Part shown: piece by piece, positions 38,402 through 47,944 of the stretch
Numbering within the stretch: the first letter of the stretch is position 1
How the letters are laid out: the number at the start of each line of letters is the position of its first letter
Source of the DNA: Polyangiaceae bacterium
Lineage (GTDB): Bacteria > Myxococcota_A > Polyangia > Polyangiales > Polyangiaceae
DNA length: 64,000 nucleotides
Assembly: GCA_033763455.1 (NCBI GenBank)
Contig: JANRKO010000023.1
Location: forward strand, 224,001 to 288,000
Direction of reading: 5' to 3'
The notes under the pieces: generated by a model
Told to the model about the DNA's origin: nothing
The model's database searches: none
Seen by the model: the letters and a program-made list of their open reading frames with translations, nothing else
Program-made: the position numbers and the translations under genes

Positions 38402-39309
38402 ACGAGGCCTCCAACCAAACCGCAAGCCTGCAGGCCGCGAACGAAGCGTCCAAACAAGCGGGCGACGGAGCTCCTAGCCAGGGCGAAACGGATTCCGAGA
38501 GCGCCCTCACCGAGCTTCAACTCTGGATGAGCCAACTATTGCGGAAAGGCAAAAGCCTGGATAAAGACCCGCAAATTATCGCGGAAGCCGCCGCGCGCAT
38601 CGGAAGAAACCCACGGCTTTTGCCGGTGGATCAAGTAGAGATCTACCGGGAGCAATTTTGGTTGCGCCATACTGGCTCACTCTTGGAAGACTTTCCGGGG
38701 CTCGCTGGCATCTTAGGTCAACAAGATTGGGACCGCTTGGTTCAGGGGTACTTGGAAGCCGTCGTGCCCACGAGCTTCACGCTCCGAGATTTGGGACGCG
38801 AGCTGCCCGAATTTGCAAAAACCTGTGACTGGCTCCCACACCAACAGCTTTGCGTGGATATGGCTCGGCTCGAATGGGCCTACATGGAGCTATTTGACGC
38901 CCCGGATGCTGAGCCGCTGCAGGCTCACAAGCTCGCACAAGTTCCGCCCGAAGCGTGGGAACATGCCCACATAGTGCTCAGCCCAGCCGTGCGCTTGCTT
39001 CACGTGAGCTACCCAGTTGCCAGCCTCAGGCGTCGCCTACGCGAGGCCGGCGACAACGAATCTGTACCGATCCCTGAGGCAAAGGAGGCGCACTTGGCGC
39101 TGTACCGGGGCGAGAACCTGGGCCTGTTCTATCGGGAAATTTCTCGAGGCGCTTTCGCCCTGCTTACCGCAGCAAGTTCCGGTCTGCCCGTGGTGGCAGC
39201 GGCCGAGCAAGCCATGGCAGAAGTGCCGGATGAGCCTATTTTCCAGTCTCTCGGAGGGTGGTTCCGCGAGTGGGGCGAGCTTCGGTGGATTGTGGATATT
39301 ATCTATTGA
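38398..39309 (+). CDS. MNIO partner protein (DUF2063 / BufC-HvfC-like)
   Basis: EIYREQFWLRH..LLEDFP, ELPEF, DMARLEWA, SYPV; GTGA overlap with MNIO stop. Confidence 0.85.
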   Translation: MNEASNQTASLQAANEASKQAGDGAPSQGETDSESALTELQLWMSQLLRKGKSLDKDPQIIAEAAARIGRNPRLLPVDQVEIYREQFWLRHTGSLLEDFPGLAGILGQQDWDRLVQGYLEAVVPTSFTLRDLGRELPEFAKTCDWLPHQQLCVDMARLEWAYMELFDAPDAEPLQAHKLAQVPPEAWEHAHIVLSPAVRLLHVSYPVASLRRRLREAGDNESVPIPEAKEAHLALYRGENLGLFYREISRGAFALLTAASSGLPVVAAAEQAMAEVPDEPIFQSLGGWFREWGELRWIVDIIY

Positions 39310-39643
39310 GACCTCCTGTAAGTCGCTGCCGCCCGCACGACTCTTAGCGAGATGGAAGGCGAGTCCAGCCCATGCGGGAACCCAAGGGGCAGTGCCCCGA
39401 TCCCCCTTCACGCTGCGTGGGAGATACTTAGCATGCTAAGATTCTCCGCGAGCGCGCGAAGGGCCCCAGGGCTCCCTTGAACCCACGGTCCCCACGTCGC
39501 CCCCGCTGGAGCGCGAAGCGCCCAGCTTGGGGGAGACCGTCTGTGCGAAACGCGCTTCGCGTGAGCACGACGAGCGGGGGCAACACCTGCGAAACCGTGC
39601 GAAACGGGTTGTTTATGGGCTCAGATCTTGCTAGGGCCCGAGG

Positions 39644-40510
39644 GTGGGGTTGCTCGAAGTTCTCAGAAAAGCACGAGAAAAACGGGGTGCAGCAATCATG
39701 GCTGTGCTCAACGTCACGCCTGATTCGTTCTCGGACGGAGGCCTCTACGTGGAACCGGCCACGGCTGAGCGGCGCATTGAGGAGCTACTCAATCAGGGAG
39801 CTGACATCATTGATGTGGGTGGAGAGTCCACGCGTCCCCGTGCGCTTCCGGTACCAGCAACCGAACAATTGCGCCGAATCCTGCCGGCAGTAAGGCACGC
39901 AGCTGGCCTGGGTGCCGTTGTTTCTGTTGATACGGCCAGCGCCGAGGTGGCCCGTGCGGTGATGGGAGAAGGGGCTCAGCTCATCAACGATGTCTCTTGC
40001 CTGGAAGAGCCCACGCTTGCTGCCGTCGTGGCCGCGCACCAGGGCTGGCTTGTGCTCATGCATTCTCGGGGATCGCTCGCCCAGCGACAAATGGCTGGTT
40101 TCTCCGCCTACCCCGAAGACGCGTACGACGACATTGTGGCGCGGGTGACGTTTGAATGGAGCCAAGCACGCGAACAGGCGCAAGCTGTGGGGCTCAGCGC
40201 GTCGCAGCTGTTTTTCGATCCAGGCCTCGGCTTCGCGAAAAGTGCGCGTCATTCCTGGGAAATTCTGACACGATTGAGGGAATTCCAGACCCTCGGGGTT
40301 CCCATCGTGACAGGTCCCAGCCGAAAATCTTTCATTGCAGCGCTGGATGCTTCCGCACCGGCGGAGCGCCTTGGTGGGACGATTGCGTGCTCCATCCTTA
40401 GCGCCCAGCGGGGAGCCTCGGTCGTGCGTGTTCACGATGTACAGCCCGTGGCTCAAGCGTTCGCGGCTATGCGCCAGGCAGATCCCAATTTTGGGGGTGT
40501 CGGTGTTTGA
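39644..40510 (+). CDS. folP: Dihydropteroate synthase
   Basis: LNVTPDSFSDGG, DVGGESTRP, SVDT, INDVS, DPGLGFAK, SRKSF, RVHDV. Confidence 0.96.
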   Translation: MGLLEVLRKAREKRGAAIMAVLNVTPDSFSDGGLYVEPATAERRIEELLNQGADIIDVGGESTRPRALPVPATEQLRRILPAVRHAAGLGAVVSVDTASAEVARAVMGEGAQLINDVSCLEEPTLAAVVAAHQGWLVLMHSRGSLAQRQMAGFSAYPEDAYDDIVARVTFEWSQAREQAQAVGLSASQLFFDPGLGFAKSARHSWEILTRLREFQTLGVPIVTGPSRKSFIAALDASAPAERLGGTIACSILSAQRGASVVRVHDVQPVAQAFAAMRQADPNFGGVGV

Positions 40511-41780
40511 TAGCCTGCTTTTGTATTTTGCCGGGCGATCGCTGTTGCAGCTGGCGCGCGACGCGTTTGATATTCTTACGGTAGCGGCACTCAGCTACGC
40601 CGTGCTCTTAGTGTTGCGCGGCACACGTGCCATGCAGGTGGGCTTGGGGCTCGCGCTCGTCTTCCTTGTGTACGTGGTGGCCGAGTGGCTCCACCTGCTC
40701 ACTTTGTTGAGCGTGATGGGTTCGCTCGTTTCTAACATTATTCTGGTAATCGTAGTGGTTTTCCAGAGTGATATACGACGCGGCTTACAGCGCGTAGGCA
40801 GTAGCGCCTGGCTGAGCTTTTCGCGCACGCAGGAGTCTCAGGTTATCGACGAGGTGGTAGAAGCGGCAACGGAGCTCGCTCGCCACAGGATCGGCGCCAT
40901 CATTACCTTTGAGCAAGACGCTAATCTGGATGAGTTTGTTGGCGCCCACAAGGGGCAAATCTTGGATGCAAAGGTGTCGAGTGAGCTCTTGGTAGCCCTG
41001 TTTGTGCCCGAAGGCCTGAACAAGCTGCACGACGGCGCCGTGATTATTCGGAACCTGCGCATCGCAAAAGCCGGGGTTTTCTTCCCCATGCCAGAGCGTT
41101 CCCTCGATAGCAGCTTTGGCTCCCGCCACCGCGCTGCTCTTGGAATTACCGAAGAAACGGATGCCGTGGTGGTGATCGTGAGTGAGGAGCGCGGCACGAT
41201 CAGCTTCTGCTTCAACGGCAACATTGCCTCGAATTTGGACGGCGGGAAGCTGCGTTCAATGCTCGAAGCCATCTTCAATCCCAAGGTTCGCAAGAAGAGC
41301 CGACGCGCAGCGTCTTCTCGCCGCACCCTCTTGCCGCAACCCGTGGTAACGCTCGGAGCGAGCGATGACTCGCCGCCCACCACACGGCCCGCTGATCGCA
41401 CAAGTGGCTTTCCACCGCCGCTTGGGGCCAAGCAGAGCCCCGAGTCAGTAGCGCCTTCGTCGCTGCTGGAGCTTGAGGGCCCGCAGTCCTTGAAGCGCCG
41501 TAGCGATTCGCAGGCTCCACCGCGGAGAAACTCCGACGCTGACATTGGGCGTACAACATTGCTCGAAGCGCCGTCTCTAAAAAGGCCCGCGAAAAAGCGT
41601 GAAGGGCAGGGCAAAAAGCCTGCTTCAAGCTCCACAACGCATTCCGACGCGCCGGACATGAGCACTCTTCTCACAGAATCACATCCCATGCCGCGCGTGG
41701 AGATCCCCGATCGCATCACGCCCCTGCGAGACACTCGCGATAGCATTCCCCCCGCGACCAAACCAGGTGACGAAGGATGA
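40503..41780 (+). CDS. cdaA: Diadenylate cyclase CdaA with long disordered C-tail
   Basis: 3 TM helices, VVFQSDIRRGL, LHDGAV, GSRHRAALG, VSEERG. Confidence 0.92.
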   Translation: MFDSLLLYFAGRSLLQLARDAFDILTVAALSYAVLLVLRGTRAMQVGLGLALVFLVYVVAEWLHLLTLLSVMGSLVSNIILVIVVVFQSDIRRGLQRVGSSAWLSFSRTQESQVIDEVVEAATELARHRIGAIITFEQDANLDEFVGAHKGQILDAKVSSELLVALFVPEGLNKLHDGAVIIRNLRIAKAGVFFPMPERSLDSSFGSRHRAALGITEETDAVVVIVSEERGTISFCFNGNIASNLDGGKLRSMLEAIFNPKVRKKSRRAASSRRTLLPQPVVTLGASDDSPPTTRPADRTSGFPPPLGAKQSPESVAPSSLLELEGPQSLKRRSDSQAPPRRNSDADIGRTTLLEAPSLKRPAKKREGQGKKPASSSTTHSDAPDMSTLLTESHPMPRVEIPDRITPLRDTRDSIPPATKPGDEG

Positions 41781-42760
41781 TGGGCCCCGTCTCGACAACG
41801 TGGACACTCGTGCGCGAGACCGTAACGCACAACTTTAGACTCAAAGTGTTCGCACTCTTGTTCTCGCTAGTGCTCTTTGCTTACTTTCATGGGCAGGGCG
41901 ATAACCACCAGCGTACGCTGCCCTTCGACGTGATAGCGCGCCTGCCACCGGATTCGGCCAAACGTGCGCTGGTAACGGCGTTGCCGTCAGCGATCCGTGT
42001 GACGTTGAAAGGGCCCGTGAGTACAGTCGATAGGCTGAGCCAGAACAGCAACCCGCTTGAAATTGACCTCAGAAACGGCACGCGCAGCAGCATCACCTTC
42101 GATGAAAGCTTGTTAGGGTTGCCACCCGATGTCACCGTCTTGCTCATCGATCCGCCGAGCATTGACCTCGAATGGCAGCCCGTGGTGGAACGCGAGGTCC
42201 CGCTGCAGGCTTCCATTACGGGTCAACCCGCTGAAGGCTTCGTTGTGAAAGGGGAACCGCAGATTTCTCCGTCCAAGCTGATTGCCACGGGGCCCTCTGG
42301 CGACGTTGAAGTCTTGCAGTTCGCCAATCTTGAGCCCTTCAACGTTACGGGCCTCGGGGAGGGCGTGTACCGGCGCCGCATCAAGCTGGATTCCGCGCCC
42401 GAACGCGTGAAATTCAGGGGATTATTGGCGCCCTCAGGCGATAACGCCAGCGTCGCGAACGTAACGGTAACCATAGCTCGCCGCATGAGCGAAATCCGAT
42501 TTGCTAATCGCCCTGTGAGCGTGGTGGGCGTGCCTGCAGGCTACTCGAATCCCGCGTACGTGGATGTCATCGTCACCGGCCCCCCAGAGGTTGTGCACGC
42601 ATTGCGGGCAGAGCAGGTGGTACCCCGCGCAGATGTTGGAGCACTCCCGGGGTTTGTCCTCAAGGAAAATAAGCGAGGCTCGCGAGCGGTGCGGCTCAGC
42701 GTTGATCTTGCGAAAGTTGAAGTTGAGGTTCAGCCGCCCACAGCCACCATTCGCTGGTGA
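41777..42760 (+). CDS. cdaR: CdaR/YbbR-like regulator
   Basis: N-terminal TM (HNFRLKVFALLFS), YbbR-like repeats (VTLKGP, ATGP, VTGP); ATGA overlap with cdaA. Confidence 0.85.
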   Translation: MMGPVSTTWTLVRETVTHNFRLKVFALLFSLVLFAYFHGQGDNHQRTLPFDVIARLPPDSAKRALVTALPSAIRVTLKGPVSTVDRLSQNSNPLEIDLRNGTRSSITFDESLLGLPPDVTVLLIDPPSIDLEWQPVVEREVPLQASITGQPAEGFVVKGEPQISPSKLIATGPSGDVEVLQFANLEPFNVTGLGEGVYRRRIKLDSAPERVKFRGLLAPSGDNASVANVTVTIARRMSEIRFANRPVSVVGVPAGYSNPAYVDVIVTGPPEVVHALRAEQVVPRADVGALPGFVLKENKRGSRAVRLSVDLAKVEVEVQPPTATIRW

Positions 42761-42797
42761 GCCTCCCGAAACGCCTCGGCCTCTTGAAAGCGTGACG

Positions 42798-43520
42798 TCA
42801 AAGAAAACGGACTTGGAGCCGCGAACGCGCATTCTGAAAGAATGCGCTGGCCGATGCCGCTAACCTGCGACCTATGTACCAACGCCTCACGGCTTCTTTC
42901 ACCTGTTCGAATGGCTGGTTGCGCAGGGGTTCGGGTGCCGACCTGTGAGCGGAAAGCAACTCCGACCGCTCAGGCTCTAACATCGGAGCGACCATACGAT
43001 GCAGATACAGGCTGGCGCGCGCCCGCCGCCTTAGAAGCCGAGCCACCTCCGCTGCCGAAATGCCCTCCGCCAGCTCCGCGCTCGCCAATGCTCCTGGCCC
43101 ACCCAACGCTTGTACCAATTGCACACGAGCGGCCTTGGTTTGTTGTGCAAGCTCCAGCGCTGTGGGCTCTGGATCAATTGGCAAGCGCGCCAGCAAGGTC
43201 TCTGCGATGTGTCGCTCCATGGCAACCACGATGTGCCGCTCGCGATACGGCTGGCCAAGGTGCACCTCAAAACCGGGATCTTCGAGGGCCTCTATGCGAG
43301 CTTCAAAGCTTAGCTCCCGCTCGAAAATAAACTCTGGACTTGCAACACCACCAATTTCGGGCGCGGTAAACCGAACTACCGCTCGATCCAAGTTCAAAAG
43401 ATCGGCGTGCGCGACCCTCGCTATGCCCGCTATTCCGAGTGCCGATGCGCCCGACAAGCTATACCGAATGAGCCCCCGTCGAGACAGGCGCTCCGCGCCG
43501 GCAAAGCTCCACTCCCGCAT
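42798..43520 (-). CDS. Exported hypothetical protein, SurA N-domain-like, twin-arginine-like signal
   Basis: LSRRGLI...VAHA signal; DRAVVRF...IFEREL; helical. Confidence 0.55.
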   Translation of the reverse strand: MREWSFAGAERLSRRGLIRYSLSGASALGIAGIARVAHADLLNLDRAVVRFTAPEIGGVASPEFIFERELSFEARIEALEDPGFEVHLGQPYRERHIVVAMERHIAETLLARLPIDPEPTALELAQQTKAARVQLVQALGGPGALASAELAEGISAAEVARLLRRRARASLYLHRMVAPMLEPERSELLSAHRSAPEPLRNQPFEQVKEAVRRWYIGRRLAASASAFFQNARSRLQVRFL

Positions 43521-43530
43521 ACCTGCTCGC

Positions 43531-44268
43531 CTACTGGCTATCCCCATCTGACCCACCACGTGAGCTTGGGGGCTCTGAGCCGTCGGCGGATGGGCCACCG
43601 CCCGAAGTGCGATGCGCATAGCCCCGGGCCACTCTGCGAGCACGGGTGAATTCAGCGAATGTGGTGACCTTTTCAAGATCTCGCACCCCCATTTTCTGAA
43701 CGATCTCAGCAAGCTGTAGGCGCAATGCTTCGAGAGTCCGGCCTCTACGCCCATCCAGCTCAGCTTGGGAAACCGAGGACGTGTCTTTGAAGGGCGCCGC
43801 GGCCGAGGGCTCGGCCACCAGCCGAGGCACGGCGACCACCGAGTGCGCGCTCAGCCACGCCTCCAAAAATACACGGAGCCGTTCGCTGCGAAACGCAAAC
43901 CAACGTTCACGCTCCTCAACGTGTGCGACCAACGCGTCTTTGAAACGGCGAAACGCGCCCTTCCCATCAATGGCGGTTGCCAACATCTGCCGCAGCCCTT
44001 CGTCGAGCACCGTGGGGATAAAACGCTCCATCCAACGGTATTGCTCGCGCGAACTTACGGCTTCGACACGCAGGTAGTTATTATCGCCTGCAATGCGCGC
44101 ATGCATTTCAGGATCGGCGATACCATCCACCACCCGCAACACCTCGCCCGTTTCGAGGTGTAAATAGCTGTGCACCTCAGGCGCGTTGTTCTCAAACGCG
44201 TCTTCGAGCGCGTCCCAGTCCACGGGAACTTCACGCATCGGAGATTGGCCAGGCAGGGAGCTAGACAT
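43531..44268 (-). CDS. UPF0158 family protein
   Basis: VDWDALEDAFE, YLHLETGEV, YRWMERF, AIDGKGAFRRFKD. Confidence 0.88.
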   Translation of the reverse strand: MSSSLPGQSPMREVPVDWDALEDAFENNAPEVHSYLHLETGEVLRVVDGIADPEMHARIAGDNNYLRVEAVSSREQYRWMERFIPTVLDEGLRQMLATAIDGKGAFRRFKDALVAHVEERERWFAFRSERLRVFLEAWLSAHSVVAVPRLVAEPSAAAPFKDTSSVSQAELDGRRGRTLEALRLQLAEIVQKMGVRDLEKVTTFAEFTRARRVARGYAHRTSGGGPSADGSEPPSSRGGSDGDSQ

Positions 44269-44277
44269 TGTCGTGGT

Positions 44278-45792
44278 TTAGTCTATCCGCTCGCCGCGCT
44301 CTGATGTCCGCAAAATGGCTCGCCCCCACTGGGCAAGCAACTTTTGTCGCGCTTCGGCTGCCAAGCTGGGCTCAAATCTGCGGTCGACCACCAACAACCG
44401 TGCGGCATCCTCCGGCCCTGAAAAGAGCCCCGCACCAATGCCTGCTAGCATGGCAGCACCGCGAGCCGTCGTCTCGAGTTCTCGCGGACGCTCGACCGAC
44501 ACCTGGGCAATATCCGCCTGGAGTTGCATCAGAAGGTTATTTTGAGAGGCTCCACCGTCGACTCGTAGCGTCTGGATGGGAGCCCCGAGGTCCTGACTCA
44601 TCGCCGCCAAGAGCTCGTGCACCTGGAGCGCCAAACCTTCCAGCGTCGCACGAGCCAAGTGGCCCCGCCCCGTTCCACGTGTGATCCCGGAGATCATCCC
44701 GCGCGCATCCGCATCCCAATGGGGAGCCCCAAGGCCAGCCAAGGCAGGCACGAACGTGACCCCGCCGTTGTCAGGCACGCTTGCCGCAAGCGCCTCCACC
44801 TCAGCGGCAGAACCGATAATGCCGAGGCCATCTCTCAGCCATTGGATGGCGGCTCCCGCTACGAAGCAACTGCCCTCAAGGGCGTACACCGGGACCTCGC
44901 TGAGCTGCCAAGCCAGTGTCGATAGTAACCCGTGGTGACTGACTGTGGGTGCGGAGCCCGTGTTCATCAGTACGAACGCGCCGGTGCCGTAGGTGCACTT
45001 TACCTGGCCGCTTTCGAAACAGCCCTGCCCAAACAACGCCGCGTGTTGATCCCCCGCCATGCCGGACACGGGGATGCCATCTGGCAAGCCGGGGACGCCC
45101 AAAGTGCGCGCAATGGGTGCGGCGTTCGGCACAATTCTCGGCAAAACCGCCATCGGAACTTGAAACAACTCGCACATGGAACGGTCCCACTCGCGCGCGG
45201 CCAAATTCATGAGCGAGGTGCGGCTGGCATTAGTAACGTCGGTAACGTGGGGCGCGTTCGCCACCGCTCCGCCCGCCAAGCGATACACCAAGTAGCTGTC
45301 TACAGTTCCAAAAGCGAGCTCACCCGCTTCTGCGCGCCCACGCGCGCCCGACACGTGATCTAGGATCCAGCGGATCTTCGTTGCTGAAAAATAAGGATCC
45401 AGCACCAGCCCCGTTGTGGCCCGCACACGCGCAAGCTCACCGCGCGCCCGAAGCTCATCACACCAGCCACTCGTGCGACGATCTTGCCAAACAATCGCAC
45501 GTTGCAGCGGCTTGCCCGAGGCACGTTCCCAAAGCAGCGTCGTTTCCCGTTGGTTGGTGATACCTATGGCGGCGATATCCGCGCCCTTTATTTGAGCGAC
45601 CCGAAGAGCCTCGCCCATCGATGAAACAACGCTTTGCCAGATCTCCTCCGGCTCATGCTCCACTTCTCCGGGATTGGGGAAGTGCTGGGGAAACTCGCAG
45701 GTGGCCCGCCCCAAGGTACGACCATCCAAGCCCAACACGAGCGCGGTAGAGCCGGTAGTTCCCTGATCGATTGCGAGTAGGTGCTGCGCCAC
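44278..45792 (-). CDS. glpK: Glycerol kinase
   Basis: AIDQGTTGS, GITNQRET, VWQDRRT, DPYFSATK, GDQHAAL, KCTYGTG, DGGA. Confidence 0.97.
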   Translation of the reverse strand: MAQHLLAIDQGTTGSTALVLGLDGRTLGRATCEFPQHFPNPGEVEHEPEEIWQSVVSSMGEALRVAQIKGADIAAIGITNQRETTLLWERASGKPLQRAIVWQDRRTSGWCDELRARGELARVRATTGLVLDPYFSATKIRWILDHVSGARGRAEAGELAFGTVDSYLVYRLAGGAVANAPHVTDVTNASRTSLMNLAAREWDRSMCELFQVPMAVLPRIVPNAAPIARTLGVPGLPDGIPVSGMAGDQHAALFGQGCFESGQVKCTYGTGAFVLMNTGSAPTVSHHGLLSTLAWQLSEVPVYALEGSCFVAGAAIQWLRDGLGIIGSAAEVEALAASVPDNGGVTFVPALAGLGAPHWDADARGMISGITRGTGRGHLARATLEGLALQVHELLAAMSQDLGAPIQTLRVDGGASQNNLLMQLQADIAQVSVERPRELETTARGAAMLAGIGAGLFSGPEDAARLLVVDRRFEPSLAAEARQKLLAQWGRAILRTSERGERID

Positions 45793-45945
45793 GGGGCCAT
45801 CAGCCTACCAGACTGAACCCGGACGGATGGAGGCCTCCGCCAGCTTCCCGGCCAAAAAGGCCCCGGTTCGGCGACCTTTTGCCCATCTTCGAACGCGCCC
45901 CGGCAATGCTTGTCCCGACGCCGGGGCAGGGTTAGCCTCGGGACG

Positions 45946-47739
45946 ATGGCTCGTCTGCTCTTGATCACGCCCGAAGGGCAGCAAACGGTGGAACTGCGCG
46001 CGCACAACACCCTCGGACGTCACCCGAGCAACTCTGTCCAGCTGCTGGATAAGATCGTCTCGAAGGAGCACTGCATCGTCGAAAAGCGAGGCACTTCGTA
46101 CGTGCTGCGCGATCTTGGCAGCTTGAACGGAACCTATGTGAACGGCGAACGGGTCGTGGATGAACGGCCGCTACGTCATTCTGATGAAATTGCTCTCGGG
46201 ATGACGCGCGCTCGTTTCGAAGATGACCTCGGGACTTCCCCGGTACCGCCCCCCGCGGGAGGCTGGAATCCGGCACCTGTCCCACAACAGCCGATCGCTC
46301 AACCTCAACCTCAAACGTCAGCGCCAGCGCCGGGGTATGCGGTAGCAGGAGCAGGCGCACCTCCGATGTCGCCAGTATTTGGAGGCCCAGTTGGCTCACC
46401 ACTGCAGCCCATGGGTGGCACACGGGTAGACGTCACCGACAAGGCGCGGGCCATTGGCACGCAGATCGCGGCCATACAAAAAGGTTTCCTTCCGTACGAC
46501 CAACTCGCGCAAAACCCCGCACAGCTTTCCGCCGACTATGAACGCCTAAGGCTCTCGCATGAGCTTTCGCGGGAAATTGCCCTCGAGCGGGACCTGCCAA
46601 CCCTCCTGCAGAAGATCCTCCAAACGATCTTTCGCTTCGTGCGTGCCGATCGCGGCGTCCTGTTCTTGATGGACGACGGCGAGCTGATCCCCGGCGCGAG
46701 CCAGCGGCGCGACGGAACGGACCAGCCCATTCCTGTTTCGTCCACCATCATGAATCACGTCATCAAAGAGCGGGCCACGGTGCTCACGCACGACGCCGCG
46801 ATGGACTTTGCTGCGTCCAAAGGTAAGAGCATGATCCTCAATCGGATCAGCTCGGCCATCGTTGCGCCGCTTCTGCACAACGACGAAATCTTGGGCGTAC
46901 TCTGGCTGGATAGCGAGACACTCGCGCAGTTTCAGCCGAAAGACATGGAAATCGTGACGGCCATCGCCTCGCAGGCCGCGATGTTCATTGAGATTAATAT
47001 TCTGGCGAAGAAGATTGAGCGCGAAATCGTCAATCGCGAGCGCTTCAGCCGCTTGCTCTCGCCCAACGTGGCAGCCCGAGTGCTTTCAGGTGAGCTTGAG
47101 GTGAAGAAAGGCGGCCAGCTCGTCCAAGAGTGTACGATCTTCAATTCAGATATCCGCGGCTTCACGAGCATGAGCGAAAAAGCGGAACCTGGCGTGATCG
47201 TCGAGATGCTGAACGATTACTTCGAACACATGGTGGAGACTTTGTTCAAGTACGAGGGCACGCTCGATAAGTTTATGGGAGACGGCATTATGGCGCTTTG
47301 GGGCGCACCGGTGGCGCACCCAGACGATGCGCTCAGAGCTGTAAGCTGTGCGCTGGAGCAAATGGAGATCTTGGGCAAATTCAATCGCAAGCGAATCGAG
47401 ATGAATGTGCCGCCCTTGGCTGTTGGCATGGGCATCCACACGGGTCCTGTGGTTGCAGGCTACATCGGTAGCAGCCGAGCGCTTTCGTACACGGTAATTG
47501 GCGATGTTGCGAACACGAGTGCGCGTTTGTGTGGAGTCGCGGCAGGGGGGCAAATCCTCATCGGCGAGGCAACCCTGCGCAAGCTTGGCGGCAAATTCCA
47601 AGTGGAAGAGCTGCCCCCGGCTCAGCTCAAGAATAAAGAGAAGCCGTTTCGCGTCTTCAATCTCACGCGTATGGCGGCAACTGTCCAAGTGCCTGCCGTA
47701 GTTGGCGGAGCGCTCGGCACGGATGTTTCGCAAACGTAA
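45946..47739 (+). CDS. FHA-GAF-adenylate cyclase (class III)
   Basis: FHA (LGR, SKEH, SLNGT), GAF, cyclase SDIRGFT, DKFMGDG, YTVIGDVANTSARL. Confidence 0.92.
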   Translation: MARLLLITPEGQQTVELRAHNTLGRHPSNSVQLLDKIVSKEHCIVEKRGTSYVLRDLGSLNGTYVNGERVVDERPLRHSDEIALGMTRARFEDDLGTSPVPPPAGGWNPAPVPQQPIAQPQPQTSAPAPGYAVAGAGAPPMSPVFGGPVGSPLQPMGGTRVDVTDKARAIGTQIAAIQKGFLPYDQLAQNPAQLSADYERLRLSHELSREIALERDLPTLLQKILQTIFRFVRADRGVLFLMDDGELIPGASQRRDGTDQPIPVSSTIMNHVIKERATVLTHDAAMDFAASKGKSMILNRISSAIVAPLLHNDEILGVLWLDSETLAQFQPKDMEIVTAIASQAAMFIEINILAKKIEREIVNRERFSRLLSPNVAARVLSGELEVKKGGQLVQECTIFNSDIRGFTSMSEKAEPGVIVEMLNDYFEHMVETLFKYEGTLDKFMGDGIMALWGAPVAHPDDALRAVSCALEQMEILGKFNRKRIEMNVPPLAVGMGIHTGPVVAGYIGSSRALSYTVIGDVANTSARLCGVAAGGQILIGEATLRKLGGKFQVEELPPAQLKNKEKPFRVFNLTRMAATVQVPAVVGGALGTDVSQT

Positions 47740-47944
47740 ACTCACCTAAGGTCCGTGGTTGACCTGGTGCGTAAGGCACGACACGCCACAATGGCGCGAA
47801 GTTCACTCGTCCTGCAAACGCACGTGCGTCAATGGTTGAACCACAGGCGACGCACTGCGCCAGAATCGACCGGGGAGGCTGCTGATATGCAGTCTCCGGT
47901 CTCGACGCCACCTGCGATTCAGGGCAAACGTTGGGCCGCTTTCC

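Noticed and set aside
39352..39480. 42-aa ORF (MEGESSPCGNP...) as MNIO precursor
   Set aside because: No SD, no signal peptide, a single Cys; lies within a hairpin-rich spacer
40838..41830. 330-aa minus-strand ORF
   Set aside because: Antisense shadow of cdaA; no motifs
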